Shown: positions 55,504-57,587 of the stretch, in pieces
How the letters are laid out: every line of letters starts with the position of its first letter
Position numbering within the stretch: position 1 is the stretch's first letter
Virus record (IMG/VR): IMGVR_UViG_3300048853_000105
Coordinates: 1-57,587 of that record
DNA: 57,587 bases
Source: a virus
Lineage: Duplodnaviria; Caudoviricetes
Direction: 5' to 3' (one strand)
Made by a program: the position numbers and the translations under genes
Notes under the pieces: generated by a model
What the model saw: the letters and a program-made list of their open reading frames with translations, nothing else
Told to the model about the DNA's origin: nothing
Database searches by the model: none

Positions 55504-56316
55504 TTAATTTAATTCAATGTTGTTTGCCCATTCGAAATTAATATCGATATAAGGTTTGTAATCTCCCGCATGTTTGTCAGGAGTTGAACAATTAGCAAAT
55601 TTAAGATGCAAGCGGTTCCTTTCATCAAGCTCAAATGTCAAAAACAACTTATAAGTCCCATCTCGCCAATTACATACAATTTCGAACATTTCCGAATGGC
55701 CTCCCTCCCACATTGTAGTTAGATGCAAAAAATGATTAGATTTTGGTGTGAGTAAGATAAACTTATCCGATCTTTTACCTACAGAACTCGTAGAAAATTG
55801 AGTGATTTGGTAGTCAAAAGTATGTATAGGATATTTTTCACTTGGATTTATAATGTAGAATTGAAACACAGCACTTCGGGTGTTAGATTCTCTAATTTGC
55901 AAAATTACTTTAGGGACCAATCCTGCTCCGGTCACATGATTTAGAGTTTCGGCCTGCGTCGCCACCAACTTTGTATAACCCTCCAATAGTTTCCCTTGTG
56001 ATTCAATGACAATTCTTTGCTGTTCAAGCATGTTTTGAGAATTTGTTAAGTTCTCATCCGCTTTGCTTAAGCTTTTATCAGCCTTTGTTAGTAAAAGAGA
56101 CATACTCTCTAGAGAACTCCTAGTATTACATAGGGTTTGATTAGTTTTCTCAAGTAATTTCGCAGATTCGTCAGCTCTTCTTGCTTCATTCTCTGCTGCC
56201 TCCTTCGCATCATTTACTGCCTGCCTTGCAGAAGAAATTGCGCTAATAATTCCAAGAGCTGAAATTACTATTGTAATTATAGCTGTAACCCATATGGTAT
56301 TCATTTTCTTAGTCAT
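55504..56316 (-). CDS. TM plus coiled-coil moron protein
   Basis: N-terminal TM, heptads, beta-rich C-terminus. Confidence 0.6.
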   Translation of the reverse strand: MTKKMNTIWVTAIITIVISALGIISAISSARQAVNDAKEAAENEARRADESAKLLEKTNQTLCNTRSSLESMSLLLTKADKSLSKADENLTNSQNMLEQQRIVIESQGKLLEGYTKLVATQAETLNHVTGAGLVPKVILQIRESNTRSAVFQFYIINPSEKYPIHTFDYQITQFSTSSVGKRSDKFILLTPKSNHFLHLTTMWEGGHSEMFEIVCNWRDGTYKLFLTFELDERNRLHLKFANCSTPDKHAGDYKPYIDINFEWANNIELN

Positions 56317-56369
56317 TATCGGTTACGGAATACACTTAATGATAAATATATCGTTATAATAACCATTTG

Positions 56370-57587
56370 TTATATTTTTTTATTTACCCAGCCGATTGTT
56401 TTACCTCTAAGCCTTGTATCCATATGGTTCACAAGATCCCTTTTGTACTTGTCATAACTCGCAGTATCTCGGTGCCCTGTTAGGTTCATGATTTCAGCAT
56501 CAGTATATCCAGCATTTAATAGATCAACTACACGGCTATGCTTGAATCCGTACAGGGTGAAGTTATCAGACAAGCCTAAAGGTGTCCTTACATCTACCCT
56601 AAATACCCGGGTGAAATAATTCTCGCTATGCATGTTCTTACTTACGTTTCCTTGGTATCCAATCACGTAATAATTTGAAGGATATTTATCGAGCTCAAGG
56701 CTGGTTAGCATTTCTGCGAGCTCATCACAAATCGGTACTGTTCGGCTTTTCGTTTTCCCGATGATTTTAATGTAACGGCCGGTGATGTCAACGTTCTCAA
56801 TCTTCAAGTTACGGATTTCGTCGGGCCGCATACAGCTGAAGTAAATGAATTTTGAAAAGAAAAGCAGCTTCGGGAACTTTTCCATTTTCTCTTTAACCTT
56901 TTCAGCGACCGAATCGCCGAAGTACTGGTTCTTCATTGGCTTGGTAACCTTTTGTTCCAGCTGCTCATCATTGCCGATGTAGAAACTATCGCGGGTTACC
57001 CACTTCCTTGGATTCTTAGCAAACCAGTTGAGCAGCGTCACCCAGAAGTTCAAGTGATTGTTGTAGGTGGTACCGTTCCACTTATGGAGCTCCTGCAACC
57101 AGATGAGCATGTCCTTGATGAATTTGGTGTCCAGGTTGTCAAGCCTGATATCTGCCAGCTTACATTCAAAAAGGTAATTTTCAAACTTGCCAATGTAAGA
57201 CCGGTAAGCGTTCAGCGTATCACCTGCTAGATCCTTTTCAGATTTATTGGTCAGAAACTCCTTAAACGCATCCAGCAGGGTAGGAGATTTCGGATTCTCT
57301 TCAAGCAGGATTTGAGTTTTGACTTCATGGATCTTCTTTTCAGTGACCACATCAGTCTCGAAGGGATTGTAACCAGCCTTAAGCCAGGTGTTGATTTCCT
57401 TTACAAGTTCATTTGCATAGGCGTTCTTTTCCTCAGCATCCTTCAGGTAGTTGATGTCCTCATACACTTTGATCCGCTCGAATTTCGCTGTGTTCGGATT
57501 CAAATACGAATAGTAAACGAACCACTTATCCGCAGGATCTTCGTTTTTTCCTTTATAAATCTTTGCCCATTTATAATTCTTAAGCAT
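56370..57587 (-). CDS. int: Tyrosine integrase
   Basis: MRPDEI (R), YGFKHS, LTGH, YDKY. Confidence 0.93.
   Translation of the reverse strand: MLKNYKWAKIYKGKNEDPADKWFVYYSYLNPNTAKFERIKVYEDINYLKDAEEKNAYANELVKEINTWLKAGYNPFETDVVTEKKIHEVKTQILLEENPKSPTLLDAFKEFLTNKSEKDLAGDTLNAYRSYIGKFENYLFECKLADIRLDNLDTKFIKDMLIWLQELHKWNGTTYNNHLNFWVTLLNWFAKNPRKWVTRDSFYIGNDEQLEQKVTKPMKNQYFGDSVAEKVKEKMEKFPKLLFFSKFIYFSCMRPDEIRNLKIENVDITGRYIKIIGKTKSRTVPICDELAEMLTSLELDKYPSNYYVIGYQGNVSKNMHSENYFTRVFRVDVRTPLGLSDNFTLYGFKHSRVVDLLNAGYTDAEIMNLTGHRDTASYDKYKRDLVNHMDTRLRGKTIGWVNKKI

Noticed and set aside
527-57230. Many antisense or nested ORFs in the track (e.g. 527-892, 23828-24274, 42006-42404)
   Set aside because: Shadows of well-supported genes with no motifs of their own

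Overview
The window looks like an essentially complete ~57.6 kb temperate long-tailed (siphovirus-type) phage or prophage of a Bacteroidota host. Host assignment is inferred from TAnnTTTG-type promoters, SD-less A-rich start regions and gene style; a Pedobacter/Sphingobacteriaceae-like host is a guess. Order: tRNA-Ser 3' att core; leftward immunity operon (S24 repressor, lipoproteins, XRE); early/recombination genes (RecT-like, PD-(D/E)XK exonuclease, two NUMOD4-HNH endonucleases, intein-containing SNF2 helicase, adenine and cytosine MTases); replication genes with iterons; an accessory region of morons, small peptides and predicted small RNAs; packaging, head and tail genes; lysis; tyrosine integrase. 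Top observations: (1) a family of separately promoted, equal-length (~70 nt) antisense small-RNA units with a shared 3' hairpin and variable 5' part at 21.1-23.8 kb, plus related units sharing seed sequences; (2) a 24-bp box, ATGCT-N5-RACRT-N4-AGCAT, in 7 intergenic copies, six of them next to a promoter-like element; (3) two GH10-like domains with intact catalytic motifs, one fused to the tail-tip protein and one on a Pro-stalked putative lipoprotein; (4) an HNH gene flanked by synonymously recoded copies of the helicase C-terminus; (5) three pseudoknot-type leaders; (6) an alpha-CTD/HTH fusion; (7) a PLD-like gene with an overlapping Arg-rich peptide ORF before terminase. All calls are by eye from motifs; no database searches were run.
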